DNA of 64,000 nt from Phoronis australis (Eukaryota; Animalia; Phoronida). The notes under the pieces are model-generated. The model did no database searches. It saw nothing but the letters and a program-made list of their open reading frames with translations, and had not been told where the DNA came from. This document shows, piece by piece, positions 12,501 to 22,501 of this stretch (positions within the stretch are counted from its first letter, which is position 1; each line of letters starts with the position of its first letter). The stretch spans positions 564,700 through 628,699 of the forward strand of contig NMRA01000007.1 of the NCBI GenBank assembly GCA_002633005.1, written 5' to 3'. The translations under genes and the position numbers were made by a program.

Positions 12501-15500
12501 TCTTTACAACTTTGGATTCAAGTCAATGCTCACAAGTTATTTCAGACTTGGTTGTGTTTATTGTCTATTTCAAATACCATGCGCGCTCCACATGGTCGTC
12601 ATGGCCGCTATAAACTATTTTGAGACTCAGTGGTGACGTTTTGTGTTTCAGTACTCCGACAGCGATAGAGAAATTCTGTCCGATAAACTCCGAACGATGA
12701 ATTCGCGTCCAGATGATTTGGAAATTGACTCGCCTCATTTCAGGTAAACTTGTTGAAAGTCTGGAAATGATGCACGACCCTAGTTCGATCGGTTTTGAAC
12801 AGCCTCGTTGATTCAGGGAAGGCAACGTAGCCTTAGGGAAATCCCCACCGTTCTGTTACTAAGTTGCACTCCTTCCTCTTTCTTTTTCTTTTCTCATGGG
12901 CATTTGGCATGGAGAAAAGAACGCTTGTCGGGAGAAATGAAATGTGAGCGGGAAATGATAGACTCTGTGTTCGTATGAAGAATACTCGGATAGCTGGAGG
13001 ATAGAAACACATCTCGTGAAAATAGATCTATTTACGAGATAAAAGCATTATAGTGAGAACTTCTGTGCTGGTCTAAGGGAGAATGATTGGCCAGCTGTCT
13101 TTCTCTTCTTCGCCTTCTTCCTCTTATTCGTCTTCTTCGTAAGTGACTAACGCTGCGGTATTTGTCAACTGAGTTAAGTCACCTTTACCTGTGATGACTG
13201 CGTATTAGTTTTATGTTTTTGGAGGTTTCCAACTTTTATCTAAATACACACAACAAACTGCGTACCGGACGTTTCCCGTAGCCTCGTGCATCTGCATAAA
13301 AAAATTGCATAACATTATTGAGTTATTTTTGTCAACGCGCAGATCAGTTTAAATCCTGCATATATAGAAAAAGCATACAACCTGCAGCTTCACGCCATAC
13401 TGATTTCATCTGATTTTTGTTAAACATTTTAAGTCCTTCATCACCTCATCACCTTACAGAAAAACATCACATTTCCTAAAAACCCAGTCGATGACACTTC
13501 TTGTTTTGCAGACGATACATGAAGGCGTTAGACAGTCACCACAAGACCAGCCGAAAAGATTGGGAGATTTTGGTGAACGCAAGCCATGCGTTCTTGGCAG
13601 TAAGTTACATGTGATCAATCAGAATCGAACATTACAATGATGGAATAAAGAGAACAATATGGAATGTGGACTGGCCTGGCCATGTTTAGGGAACATTATA
13701 GAACAGCTGTGCACAACCCCCCTCCCCCTGCGTCCTCTCGGCGATTCCTCTTGTCCTCCGTAAATTCACACCGTCCATTTTGGAGTGATATATGCATGTT
13801 TATGTAGTGTAATCACTTGGAACTACTCTTGTGTTTCAGTGCCTGGAGGGTGTAGGCAAATCAGGGACCATTGAACGTCCCGCCTTAGAAGAACACATCA
13901 CCAAAGCCCTCAGTGACCCAGTAAGCTTTGTATTTTTAAGTTTTACCAATCATTTTATTTAATTCATGAACTCATTTCAGCAACTTATTGTCTCCTTTTT
14001 ATCTTTGGAAGTGGAGCTTGTGAAGCACGTTTGTATTATCGGGACATATGTGGAACATAAATAGACTGCCTTGTTATAATATTATGTACTCGATTATCAG
14101 CAGAGGGTGAAGAAATGGATGCAAGTGCACAACATGAGTTTTAAACTGTGTAACACACTAGGGTACTAGAATAGGAACATACCCTAAAATGCAATAACCA
14201 TAGGCGGATTTAGGGAGGGGGGGGCCCGGTGGTATAGTGGTAAAGCACGCGCGCTCTATCCGCCAGGTCGTGAGTTCGACGCTTTGACAATTGCGGTTTT
14301 TCACGTTTGACACGTTCTTCGTGTTTTTTTTTTCTTTCTTTTCCTTTGCATTTTTTTTATTTCTTTTTCTTTGCTTCTTTGCCTTTTTTTCTTGGATAAT
14401 ACTTCAGGAATCAAGAAAAAAGTTTAATTTTTAGAGGAAAAAACAGAAAAAGTCGAAGCCCCCTCCCGACCTCCCCCCATTCGGTGCTATGCGCATCTAA
14501 TCGTGCTTTGCACAATTTTTTCAGAAAAAATGTTGGGCCCCCCTTGGATATCCTAGATCCGCCACCGATAACCACCGTAAAAACGCAACGGTTGATATCG
14601 TCAGCATGCTTAATGCAGAGGCAAGAACAGATACTACAGAGTTAAAAGTACTCACACCTATGTCCAAATTCAGAGTCAAGTCATTTTGAAGGTCTGGCTC
14701 CAATTTCCAATGAGTAACTTTTTCTGCCAAACTTAAAGACATTTTACTGTTTTGACGCCTTTTGGGTCAAGTCGACAAAAATGTATTTTACATCTTTTAT
14801 TATAATGGGACTTTCGCGTCCAAACAAATTAATCAAGAGTAACAAACCGGATGTCACGTTGCGAGAAACAAGCGGTCTGTTATGCTGTGGTTTGCATCGC
14901 GTTCCTAAAGTAACTAAAATAGTTAATTGCAAACTTTCAACAGGGATAATTAACATTCTTCAAAAAGGTAATTTCCCTTAATTTATAAAGAACTAAAATT
15001 ATAAGAGGATCAACAAATTCCCTTTGCCACCAATTGTGTCAACGACTTCGTTTTTGGGAGGAATGTAACCCTGTACATAAGAGACGGTAAATGTCTATAG
15101 TTTCTGAGCAGGATATGCGGACGGGACAGTTTGTACCAAAATGAAGGGAGAAACTTACGAAACGCAAGATGTCATGCGTCTTCTTCAGATATTGCCATAT
15201 ATTAAAAGTGAAGCACGTGGTAACATTTTGCAAAATGACCGATGTCCAGACTGAGTTACCATGTCACTTTTATACCGCATTCAGATCTGAAATTTTATGA
15301 GAAGGCATGCAAGCGTCCTGTCTTCCACTTTACAAGTAATTACTAACATTAATGGACAGAATTCTAGAATATTCTGAATAACCTCGTGGAGCTACCACAG
15401 GTGAACAGAACATATAAACATAGCACTTCATTTTCTATACTGAGTAAGCATGGTTCGATCTCTTTATTAAAATAAGTCTTAGGCAGGCCATACATGCAAC

Positions 15501-18500
15501 AAGTTGTTTGACCGTGGACAAGTAGTTTTTAATCAATGTTCAATCACTGTTCTTCAATATTTCTGGTCACGACTATGTACATGTATTTTACTAGGGGTGC
15601 CAACTGACTGATCGTCATTTGACTTTGTTGTTCGGCGAAAAACATACCCTCCAATCTATCATGAATGCACTCGACAGAAATGGCGACGGACAAGTAAGTT
15701 ATCTGGGTTTCTGACTGTTTCTACACAAGCCTTCACAGGCACACTTGCAAGGTATGCTTTTTAAATTGCGGAAAATATAAATACACAATAGGATAAGAGC
15801 TATTGGTCAGGAAATATTTCCACTAACACTGCAGCTACTTCTGGTAGCTTCCAAATTCAGGAATTTCAGATAATTGATATTATTACTTTTTCTTCTTGGA
15901 CTTCCAGTTGTTATTTTTTCCCCCTTTTCCTTGATATAAATGTTCTCTCTGACGCCTATTGATGCTCCTAGGTGTCTTTGACACGAATATTCTGTGAGAA
16001 GTCTCTTGATATCAAAGTTCTCTGGGACGGCTATTGATACTAATGCTCTGTAAGACATCTCTTGATATCAATGTATGTCTTTGACGTCTCTTGGTAAAAA
16101 TGTTCTCTGATAGCCCAGTCTTTGATGTGTCTTGGGAAAAATGCTCTCTGGTACGCCTCTTTTTGGCGTCTGCTGATATAAAATGCTATCTTGGAGGCAT
16201 CTTGGTATGATTGTTCTCTGGTACGCCACTCTTTGACGTCTCTTGGTATGAATGATCCCTGGTGCGCCTATATTTGACATCTCTTGATATGAGTGTTCTC
16301 CGTTACGTCTCCGTGACGTCTCTTGATATATGCTCTCTCGAACGTCTCTCTTGTAAGTATATTGATGGAGAAGTTTCACTGTGTTCACCACAGAACGAGC
16401 ATAAATCATTTGTTTTTATTTTATTTTTATGCAAATTATTATTGGTTGGCAATATTCTGTGAATTAAGCGGTATTGAAACCAACGCATTTTTGTATCTGT
16501 TGTACAATTGAAGGGGAGTTTATTTACTTTTTTCCACCATGTCTCAGGGTCACTAAAAGTTACATTATTTATAACACCGTTTATATCTATCTCAGATGAC
16601 CACTTGTTTTTATATATAAAAGCTATCTGAAGTGACTGTACTAAGATGTCATAAATATTCAGCGCTTGTGATTTATTATGCAAAATTTTATAAATATAAC
16701 TTGGAAAATTTGGTAAAAAGATATTGTCTTGTCTATTCTAAGATCCCTGTACGCTGCAAAGGTTGCACTTCTTAATCCATAGAATTCTAGTATTTGAGGT
16801 TGAAAGTTATAACTGTTACAGACTGAGTTATTCGTATGACATTTCTTTGACAGTTCTTGATATGAATGTTCAATGATCTCTGGTACGTTCCTTTTTGACG
16901 TCTTGAATGCTCTCTGGTACGTCTCTTTTTGACGTCTTTTGATACGAATGTTCTGTGGTACGTCGTTCTTTGGCGTCTCGTTATATAATGGTTCTATGAA
17001 ACGTTGCTCTTTGACGTCTCTTGTTATGAATGTTCTCTGGTAAGCCGCTCTTTGATGCATATTGATATGAATGTTCTCTGGAACATCTCTCTTCAACGTA
17101 TCTTGATATGAATTTTCTCTAGTTCGTCTCTTTGACGTCTGCTCATATGAATGTTCTATGGTGCGTCGGTCTTTGAAGTCTCTTGATATGAATGTTCTCT
17201 GGTAAGTCCCACTTAATCTGTTGATATGAATCTTCTCTGGTACGTCGCCCTTTGACGTCACTTCCTGTGAATGTTCTCTGGTACGTTTCAGATAGAGTAC
17301 GAAGAGCTGGTATATTTTATGGGACAACGTGGCGTCGATATTAAATCCCTTGAAAAAGGCTATAGGCGGGTGGAGGTCAAGTCGTTTGCGGGGATGATAA
17401 ACTGCATCTTAGATTCTCTGCTGATCAACAACCAACGGCTTTACATCAAGGTGCGTATAAATTCCTCAATCTATTTTTTGTTTTTGAGGTTAACAAAACA
17501 ACTTCATCCATAAATTTACCTTGGTTACTGTTTAGATTGAGCAGAAGCCATAAAAAGTGCCAGTTGGTTTCGCTGGATATGAGTGAGCAAGCCGTTGCAC
17601 CCAATTATCATTGCCGGGTTCTCCATTAAGATAACTAAACAACATGTGAGGACCCCGCTTGAAAGTTGTGGGGGCGAAGGGGGGGGGAGTACCTCGGAAA
17701 CTGTCCCCGGTGGATGGATATGCGGCGGCAACCGGGTGATAGTGACAAAATCGTGACGACTTAGCGGCAGCTCAAATTACCAGGCAACCAGCCTTCTTAC
17801 AGTTGACCTCCATGGCCTTGTTACACATCAACCCAAACTGACCTGCTTGAACGTACCCAAGACTGTTGGATTTTGAATTTCAGTTCCAAATAATATACTA
17901 CTCAACATGCTACTTCCGTTTGAGCCACGTACGTGTTACGTCAGAAGCAAAATTGAGATGCATTCCCTTAGACACTTTCGAGACACTCGCGGTGAGAAAT
18001 CGCTTGTGCAACGAAAACCGTGAATTTCTCCCCTAACGCAATATACTATCCTCGCCCACTAATCAGTACAGTGGACGCCATTTTCCTAGTCAACTTGATA
18101 TCTACTGGCCCACTCGCTAAACACTTGCCAGCCACTCGCTAGATTTTGCCTGGCCCTGGGTGGTTTTGCTTATCTCTCAAGAAAGCTGGTCTTCTGAACG
18201 CACCTCGGTTCGTAAAATTTACCCAGCAATAGCTCTTTATCAATTTCTTTTCTTTACTCATTTTAGGAAGAGGATGTTGACAGAACGATTGGCATCGATA
18301 CATTCTACATAGAGAGCACAGACTTCGATATGTCATCGGTTGACAAAGAGTTTCTGACGCAGGCAAGTACGCAAATGGCCTTGCTCTATAATTTTATTTG
18401 GATCACTTCAATTTGCGTGGTGGTATAGTATAAAATGTTCTTCTTTTATTTCAGCAAGGCACGTGGGCCATAATTAAATTCCTTGAGAGGTATGTGCAGA

Positions 18501-18520
18501 GGGCGTCTCAGGTGACATGA
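471..18520 (+). CDS. Patatin-like phospholipase with EF-hand insertion, 5'-partial spliced gene (11 exons in window: 471-592, 1167-1302, 7692-7790, 8266-8378, 12652-12743, 13512-13599, 13840-13920, 15595-15693, 17292-17450, 18267-18362, 18455-18520)
   Basis: All exons have AG acceptors and GT (one GC) donors, and their phases chain into one open frame (1151 nt = 2 nt + 383 codons, ending TGA 18518-18520). The translation shows patatin C-half motifs (ELCIIVTNLN..YCHPKTTP..PIRLAVRMSLSLP; YTDGGLLCNFPIHCFDGW; RTIGIDT), and a canonical EF-hand loop DRNGDGQIEYEE. The GxGxxG and GxSxG motifs are not in the window. Confidence 0.9.
1167..1302 (+). CDS. Patatin gene exon (LYQQFGKELCIIVTNLNYLDIDYCHPKTTPNLPIRLAVRMSLSLP)
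   Basis: ttgttttag acceptor, |gtaagt donor, phase 0 to 1; patatin 'AVRMSxSxP' motif. Confidence 0.92.
1471..2450. mobile_element. Non-autonomous hAT-like DNA transposon with 5-bp TSD and internal tRNA-like head
   Basis: Imperfect TIRs CAGTGGCGGATCTAGG ... CCTAAATCCGCCTATG; TSD TGAAC at 1466-1470 and 2451-2455; related copy at 14199-14567. Confidence 0.85.
3903..4226 (+). mobile_element. Penelope-like retroelement pseudo-LTR remnant with inverted terminal segment
   Basis: 3903-3939 is an inverted copy of 4186-4226; contains the minimal hammerhead motif followed by an AT-rich end. Confidence 0.6.
4136..4172 (+). ncRNA. Minimal type I hammerhead ribozyme motif (Penelope-type)
   Basis: ATC-CTGATGA-T-GTCTA(ATGAA)TAGAC-GAAACGTC-GAT: intact core, perfect 5-bp stem II, palindromic ACGT helix III, 3-bp stem I. 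Confidence 0.72.
5045..5081 (+). ncRNA. Second identical copy of the minimal hammerhead motif (inside the duplicated block)
   Basis: Same sequence as 4136-4172. Confidence 0.65.
5515..5584. mobile_element. Tiny GC-rich MITE
   Basis: TIRs CATGGGCGGCGCA ... TGCCCCGCCCATG; no clear TSD. Confidence 0.55.
7089..7238. mobile_element. PIF/Harbinger-type MITE, CTG TSD
   Basis: TIR GGCTGAGTTGCATAAA ... TTTATGCAACTGGGCC; CTG on both sides; second copy at 39347-39495. Confidence 0.8.
7692..7790 (+). CDS. Patatin gene exon carrying the catalytic Asp motif (IEFSVIRHGQLSGPKDLYTDGGLLCNFPIHCFDG)
   Basis: tttttcag acceptor, G|gtgagc donor, phase 1 to 1; DGG motif. Confidence 0.92.
8266..8378 (+). CDS. Patatin gene exon (GWFLSMKPEDNFFSKLKPGANFEDKFRGVNWKTIGCLL)
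   Basis: ttgcag acceptor, |gtaagt donor, phase 1 to 0. Confidence 0.88.
8951..9468. mobile_element. Kolobok-like non-autonomous element (TTAA target)
   Basis: TTAA|TGGGGCATGGAACGCG ... CGCGTTCCATGCCCCT|TTAC; related partial copies near 42881-43350 and 6940-7285. Confidence 0.7.
11479..12013 (-). mobile_element. Possible solo LTR
   Basis: GC-richer island; on the minus strand it begins TGTAAC and ends ATGACA, with AGTAAA about 60 nt from the 3' end; no TSD found. Confidence 0.4.
12652..12743 (+). CDS. Patatin gene exon (YSDSDREILSDKLRTMNSRPDDLEIDSPHFR)
   Basis: tgtgtttcag acceptor, CAG|gtaaac donor; phase 0 to 2 exactly bridges the neighbouring exons. Confidence 0.82.
13512..13599 (+). CDS. 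Patatin gene exon (RYMKALDSHHKTSRKDWEILVNASHAFLA)
   Basis: ttgttttgcag acceptor, |gtaagt donor, phase 2 to 0. Confidence 0.82.
13840..13920 (+). CDS. Patatin gene exon, probable degenerate first EF-hand (CLEGVGKSGTIERPALEEHITKALSDP)
   Basis: gtgtttcag acceptor, |gtaagc donor, phase 0 to 0. Confidence 0.8.
14199..14567. mobile_element. Internally deleted, inverted copy of the 1471-2450 hAT-like MITE
   Basis: CATAGGCGGATTTAGG ... CCTAGATCCGCCACCG; TSD ATAAC; tRNA-like A/B boxes at 14223-14281. Confidence 0.85.
15595..15693 (+). CDS. Patatin gene exon, EF-hand N-half (GCQLTDRHLTLLFGEKHTLQSIMNALDRNGDGQ)
   Basis: ttttactag acceptor, |gtaagt donor, phase 0 to 0; DxNxDG. Confidence 0.9.
15940..17290. 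repeat. Degenerate ~40-bp minisatellite in two blocks (about 15940-16360 and 16845-17290)
   Basis: Unit approx. TGATATGAATGTTCTCTGGTACGTCNCTCTTTGACGTCTCT; GAAT recurs every 38-41 nt; source of ORFs 16068-16409 and 16659-17327. Confidence 0.9.
16368..16835 (-). mobile_element. L1/Tx1-clade LINE ORF2 C-terminal fragment (zf-RVT region)
   Basis: DTKMRWFQYRLIHRILPTNNNLHKNKIKTNDLCSFCGEHSET matches the L1/Tx1 zinc-binding C-terminus; frameshifted and truncated. Confidence 0.85.
17292..17450 (+). CDS. Patatin gene exon, EF-hand C-half (IEYEELVYFMGQRGVDIKSLEKGYRRVEVKSFAGMINCILDSLLINNQRLYIK)
   Basis: gtttcag acceptor, AAG|gtgcgt donor; completes the DRNGDGQIEYEE loop. Confidence 0.9.
18267..18362 (+). 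CDS. Patatin gene exon (EEDVDRTIGIDTFYIESTDFDMSSVDKEFLTQ) with GC donor
   Basis: long pyrimidine tract + ttttag acceptor; CAG|gcaagt donor. Confidence 0.85.
18455..18520 (+). CDS. Patatin gene terminal coding exon (QGTWAIIKFLERYVQRASQVT*)
   Basis: ttcttttatttcag acceptor; supplies the expected C-terminal 'G...a..FL' helix and TGA. Confidence 0.78.
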   Translation, partial: QGTWAIIKFLERYVQRASQVT

Positions 18521-20081
18521 CTGAGATCCGGGCAGGTGCGAACGGCTTTTCAGGTCACACGACAGGATGGAGACGTCGAATAATACGTGACACAAGTTTG
18601 CATTTAATAACTACAGTCCCAGCGAATGAAACTAGGGAGGTCACGCTCTCTGCTTGTAAACATCGTATACATAGCCATATTTCACAAAGATTTGCGTGAT
18701 TTGCCCAAATTTGCTTTAATGAACGCTATTGCTTTTTGTCCATTAAATACATAACGGTGGATTTGGCTACATTTCTTAAAATGTAGAAAGTAACATGGTT
18801 TTTCTGGGTCTCTTCTTTGCTTTCACGATCTTTCGTTTTGATCTGTTAAATTGGGTTCTTTTTGAACATACATTCAGTGATACATGTAACTACATTGTTG
18901 TATTGTCAATACAGGTAGTGTAATTGCGACAGGTACAAAACAACGCTTTGTCAGTGTCACTTGGCTTTTAAACATAAATTTAATCGACTTTTATGGTCAA
19001 CACCACGAATTACAGCTTTTAAGAAACAGTGGTTAGTAGACTGCATAAGGTTATGGTATTTGTATGTATTAGTGGAAATTTTTAATCATAACAGATCATT
19101 TATCATGTATGGTTTAGTCTACGTTATGTCAATGAGTTTATAAAATCGATTCTATATCACAACTCGAGAATCCAAAAATGTATCAAAGCCCAAATGGTAA
19201 AACTGCAGGCATTGTGAGGACTTGGATTTACTGGTTACTTATGTAGAATCACAACCATGATCAGCCTAATGAAGTTTTCCTGAAAACACCTAATTATGTA
19301 CACTGGCACATCGTGAAAGTTAAATCTCCATTTCGCCCTTTTTCGTTAGCTAAAAACAAAAGTCGTATGAGACTTTTTACTCTCATAGAATCAGTCTGAT
19401 AATATTCTTTACCGTGGCATTACATTCCATTTTCGTTGACACACTTCCGTTAGAATATGGAAACAGTCAGCGACTCTAGAAAAAGCTTTAGAGTCTATTG
19501 GGGTTTGCCGACCCTAAAATTGCGCATGTGCACGAGCGTGATATTTTATTGCGCAAAAGTCTCCGGATAAGAATTCGACATGGATACATGTAGCTATCAA
19601 CAGCAGCAAATTCCTCTTTAACCGTCCTCCATTAAATGCTAGAGGATAAGCATCACCTAGTTAAAATGGGATTGCAACCTTTTTCGGTTAATTTGGCATA
19701 TCTTATTTTGTATAAGGTATTTTGAACCTTTAAACCGATTTCTTAAAAATGACAAACCGGAAGTGTTACACAGCAAACAAAACGGGGGACATACTAAAAT
19801 TTCATGTAGGCTTGTCTACTCAATAAAAACATAAATATGGAATGAAATTTTGTTTCAAGTAAGTGTGGGTATTTGATTTTAATCGATCAGTGGGTCCAGA
19901 CCTGTAGGAGAGTACATCGACCTGGCAATTTTATTTTAACATGTTCACCTCATTCATAGGTGTACCTCTCAAATGCAAGAATATTTCGTATAACAAATAG
20001 TTCATTTTCGGGTAATTTGACATTCAATTTGGTGAAAATGGCAAAAAGTTCTTAAAAGTTCATACCAGAAATTTCCGAAAA

Positions 20082-20457
20082 TGGGCCCATTGGTAGATGT
20101 TCGGAAAACGACCTTTAAAAAACGTCAAATGAAACCAAATATACGCCAGGGCTTATTTTCGGAAAATGTACGGATCATTTTCTGATGCAGTTTCAATGCA
20201 ATATATTTACTCAGGACTGTTTTCAAGTACGCAATACGGTTAGTTACCGTCAAAGTCACCCGATATCTCTTAAAAAAGTAGTCGAGTGAAATCACAATCT
20301 TAAAATATAATGTCTTGCCAAAATAAACAAAATTTTACATCAAAACATCTAACATACTTATTTTAGAACAATCCGTCAGATTTTGAAAACATGCAGTTAC
20401 TGAAAATACGCGCATGAGCGTATTTTGGGTGGTTCTCTTTTCGGAAATTTCCGCTAA
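20082..20457. mobile_element. Degenerate TIR element (Tc1/pogo-like ends); inverted relative at about 27798-28340
   Basis: Ends AAATTTCCGAAAAT ... TTTTCGGAAATTT; internal segments match 27950-28060 in reverse complement. Confidence 0.55.
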
Positions 20458-20904
20458 TAAGTTACATAATTTTAAATAAAAATCTTTGTTCCGGACATTC
20501 TAAGGAGGCCTAAGTGGTAGATCTCAATAGGCTATAATTAGGGGGACCAACGATTTTCATTCACCTCCAATACGAATGCACACACGGAAGTACACGCCTA
20601 TGGTTATCCGCAACATAAATGATGCCTGAATGTATTTCTGTGTACATAGTTTTTACTATTTTTGTCGGCAGCCAAGCGGAGCAGGACCTCAGGACCCCTA
20701 AATCCAGCTTTGGGTCTTTTATTTTCATATTCCTTACCGCGTTTAGGCTCCATTTCCGTTACCAAACATCGAAATCACCACCAACTCAAGATAACGCTAC
20801 AGAGTTTGTTGGAGTTGGTCAACCCTAAAACTGAGAATTCGAAAAATGCGCGTGTGTGCATTGCCTGTGACTTGAGTTGGTAACAGAAATGGAATCCTGC
20901 CTCC

Positions 20905-21031
20905 CGTTCAGTAACGCTAGAAACTCGCTAAAAAGTAAGACGTTGCGAGATAACATGAGACATTGCAGTGTATTTTTAAAGAGAACAGGTGACTGACTAG
21001 ATTTTAGCTAGGTCCTAGCGTTACTGAACGC
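20905..21031. mobile_element. MITE family (copies about 41767-41912, 49712-49850, 51160-51300)
   Basis: TIR CGTTCAGTAACGCTAG ... CTAGCGTTACTGAACG; shared internal sequence across four loci. Confidence 0.75.
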
Positions 21032-21577
21032 ACGCCTGCGTGAGACCGTTTTAGCCAGCTAATCAGGGCGAAATGCAGCTTGAAAAAACTTCGCAAACAA
21101 GCTTAACAGAACCGGACTTGAGCTTTCAAACCAAGTCGTGGAAAAACGTTTTGCACGGCAACATTATGCGCTATTGTCGAAGACAATGGCAACTTTCGAA
21201 GCAATGCGCCTCTACAAAGGACTAACACCTGTTCCAGTAAGCGAAACTTAGGCGCATATGCCTATATGCGGAACATTTGGGTAACCATGTTTCTCTTTGA
21301 TACAGGCGCATGGTAGTTATAAGTTGTGGTATGGTTTTCTTACTCTGCTAGATGTATAGTCGGCTTCATCTACCCCGGGTACCAAAAAGTGGACATTCGC
21401 CGTAACATCTAACCAAATTTTTCATTTATGTTAATGACTTAGTCTGTGATTGGCTGAACATATGGGACAATTTATTCCATAAAAATCGTTCTCTGCAGAA
21501 AATGTGCAACTTAAACCGTGGGAGCTTTTAAATAATGATTTTGAAATAATTCGTCTAGCCATGTAAGAAATACTCAA

Positions 21578-21694
21578 TACGTACCGAGAGTGGCGTAGAT
21601 GAAATAACATCCCACGAGACATTATTCCGCGTATCGACCTTCGGTCTCGGTCGATACGTAGGATATTACTTCATCTACGCGAATCGAGGTACGT
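21578..21694. repeat. Palindromic (hairpin) element between the convergent gene ends
   Basis: Arms 21593-21612/21661-21680 plus perfect 10-bp inner stem 21630-21639/21649-21658. Confidence 0.8.
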
Positions 21695-22501
21695 TTTGTA
21701 TTTATCCCATACGCTTCGTATTCCTAAGTTTCTTTCATTTTTAGGCAGATTTTTAAATACTTCACCCAGACCGTTCCACGTGTCAAATCACATCCTATAT
21801 GTATATACTTGTCTTGCGCGTTAGGTTACAAGTTTTCTCTGGTAACGGAATCAGTTTTCATTGTAACGATTTCATAATTGAAAAGAGATAACAAAGATGA
21901 AAACAACGGCAATTGTGCATTGAACTTGTAACATTTTCTGAAAACAGTTAAATAACAACAATATTTGATGTTGTAGTTACCGAGGAATCGGCACCTGAGT
22001 TGCAGACGATATAATATTTAGCAATTGAAAACTGAGACAGAAGTGTCATAATAAACAGTTTTGTACCAAATGTTACGTTTAGGACCTGATTGCATGTCGA
22101 GTGTTATTTATACTGCTGCAATTGTATTACTTTAAACTATGTTCGAGAGAGTTTGATGATCGAACCGGCTAACGACGTCGAGTCGACATTGACCTACCTT
22201 TTGAACTTTCCACGTCAGAGGCCATTGTTGAAATAGCGCGGGAGGTGAATACGGAAAGCAGTATCACATGACCGTATTGCACTCGACTCATTCAACGCGT
22301 ATGGGATGAAAAAGTAAATCGTCACGTGAAAGTACTCGCGAAATATTCTACAACTCAGGAACCACTCACTATTTCGTCCCTGTTGTGTTTGAAATACCAC
22401 AGACACGCGGATAGCGTTAGTTGATATATCATCACATTTATTATTTAAATAAATAAAATCTATCACATTAAACACTACACATTTTTTTTTTCGTCACACC
22501 C

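Noticed and set aside
14223-14281. Possible tRNA gene
   Set aside because: A/B boxes are present but there is no complete cloverleaf or acceptor stem; it lies inside a MITE.
15940-17290. Regularly spaced repeats as a possible CRISPR array
   Set aside because: Units are contiguous and degenerate with no unique spacers; the context is a eukaryotic intron with no cas genes.
16068-17327. ORFs 16068-16409 (113 aa) and 16659-17327 (222 aa) with repetitive 'YQRTF/RDVPE' peptides
   Set aside because: They are translations of the ~40-bp minisatellite plus LINE debris, antisense within an intron.
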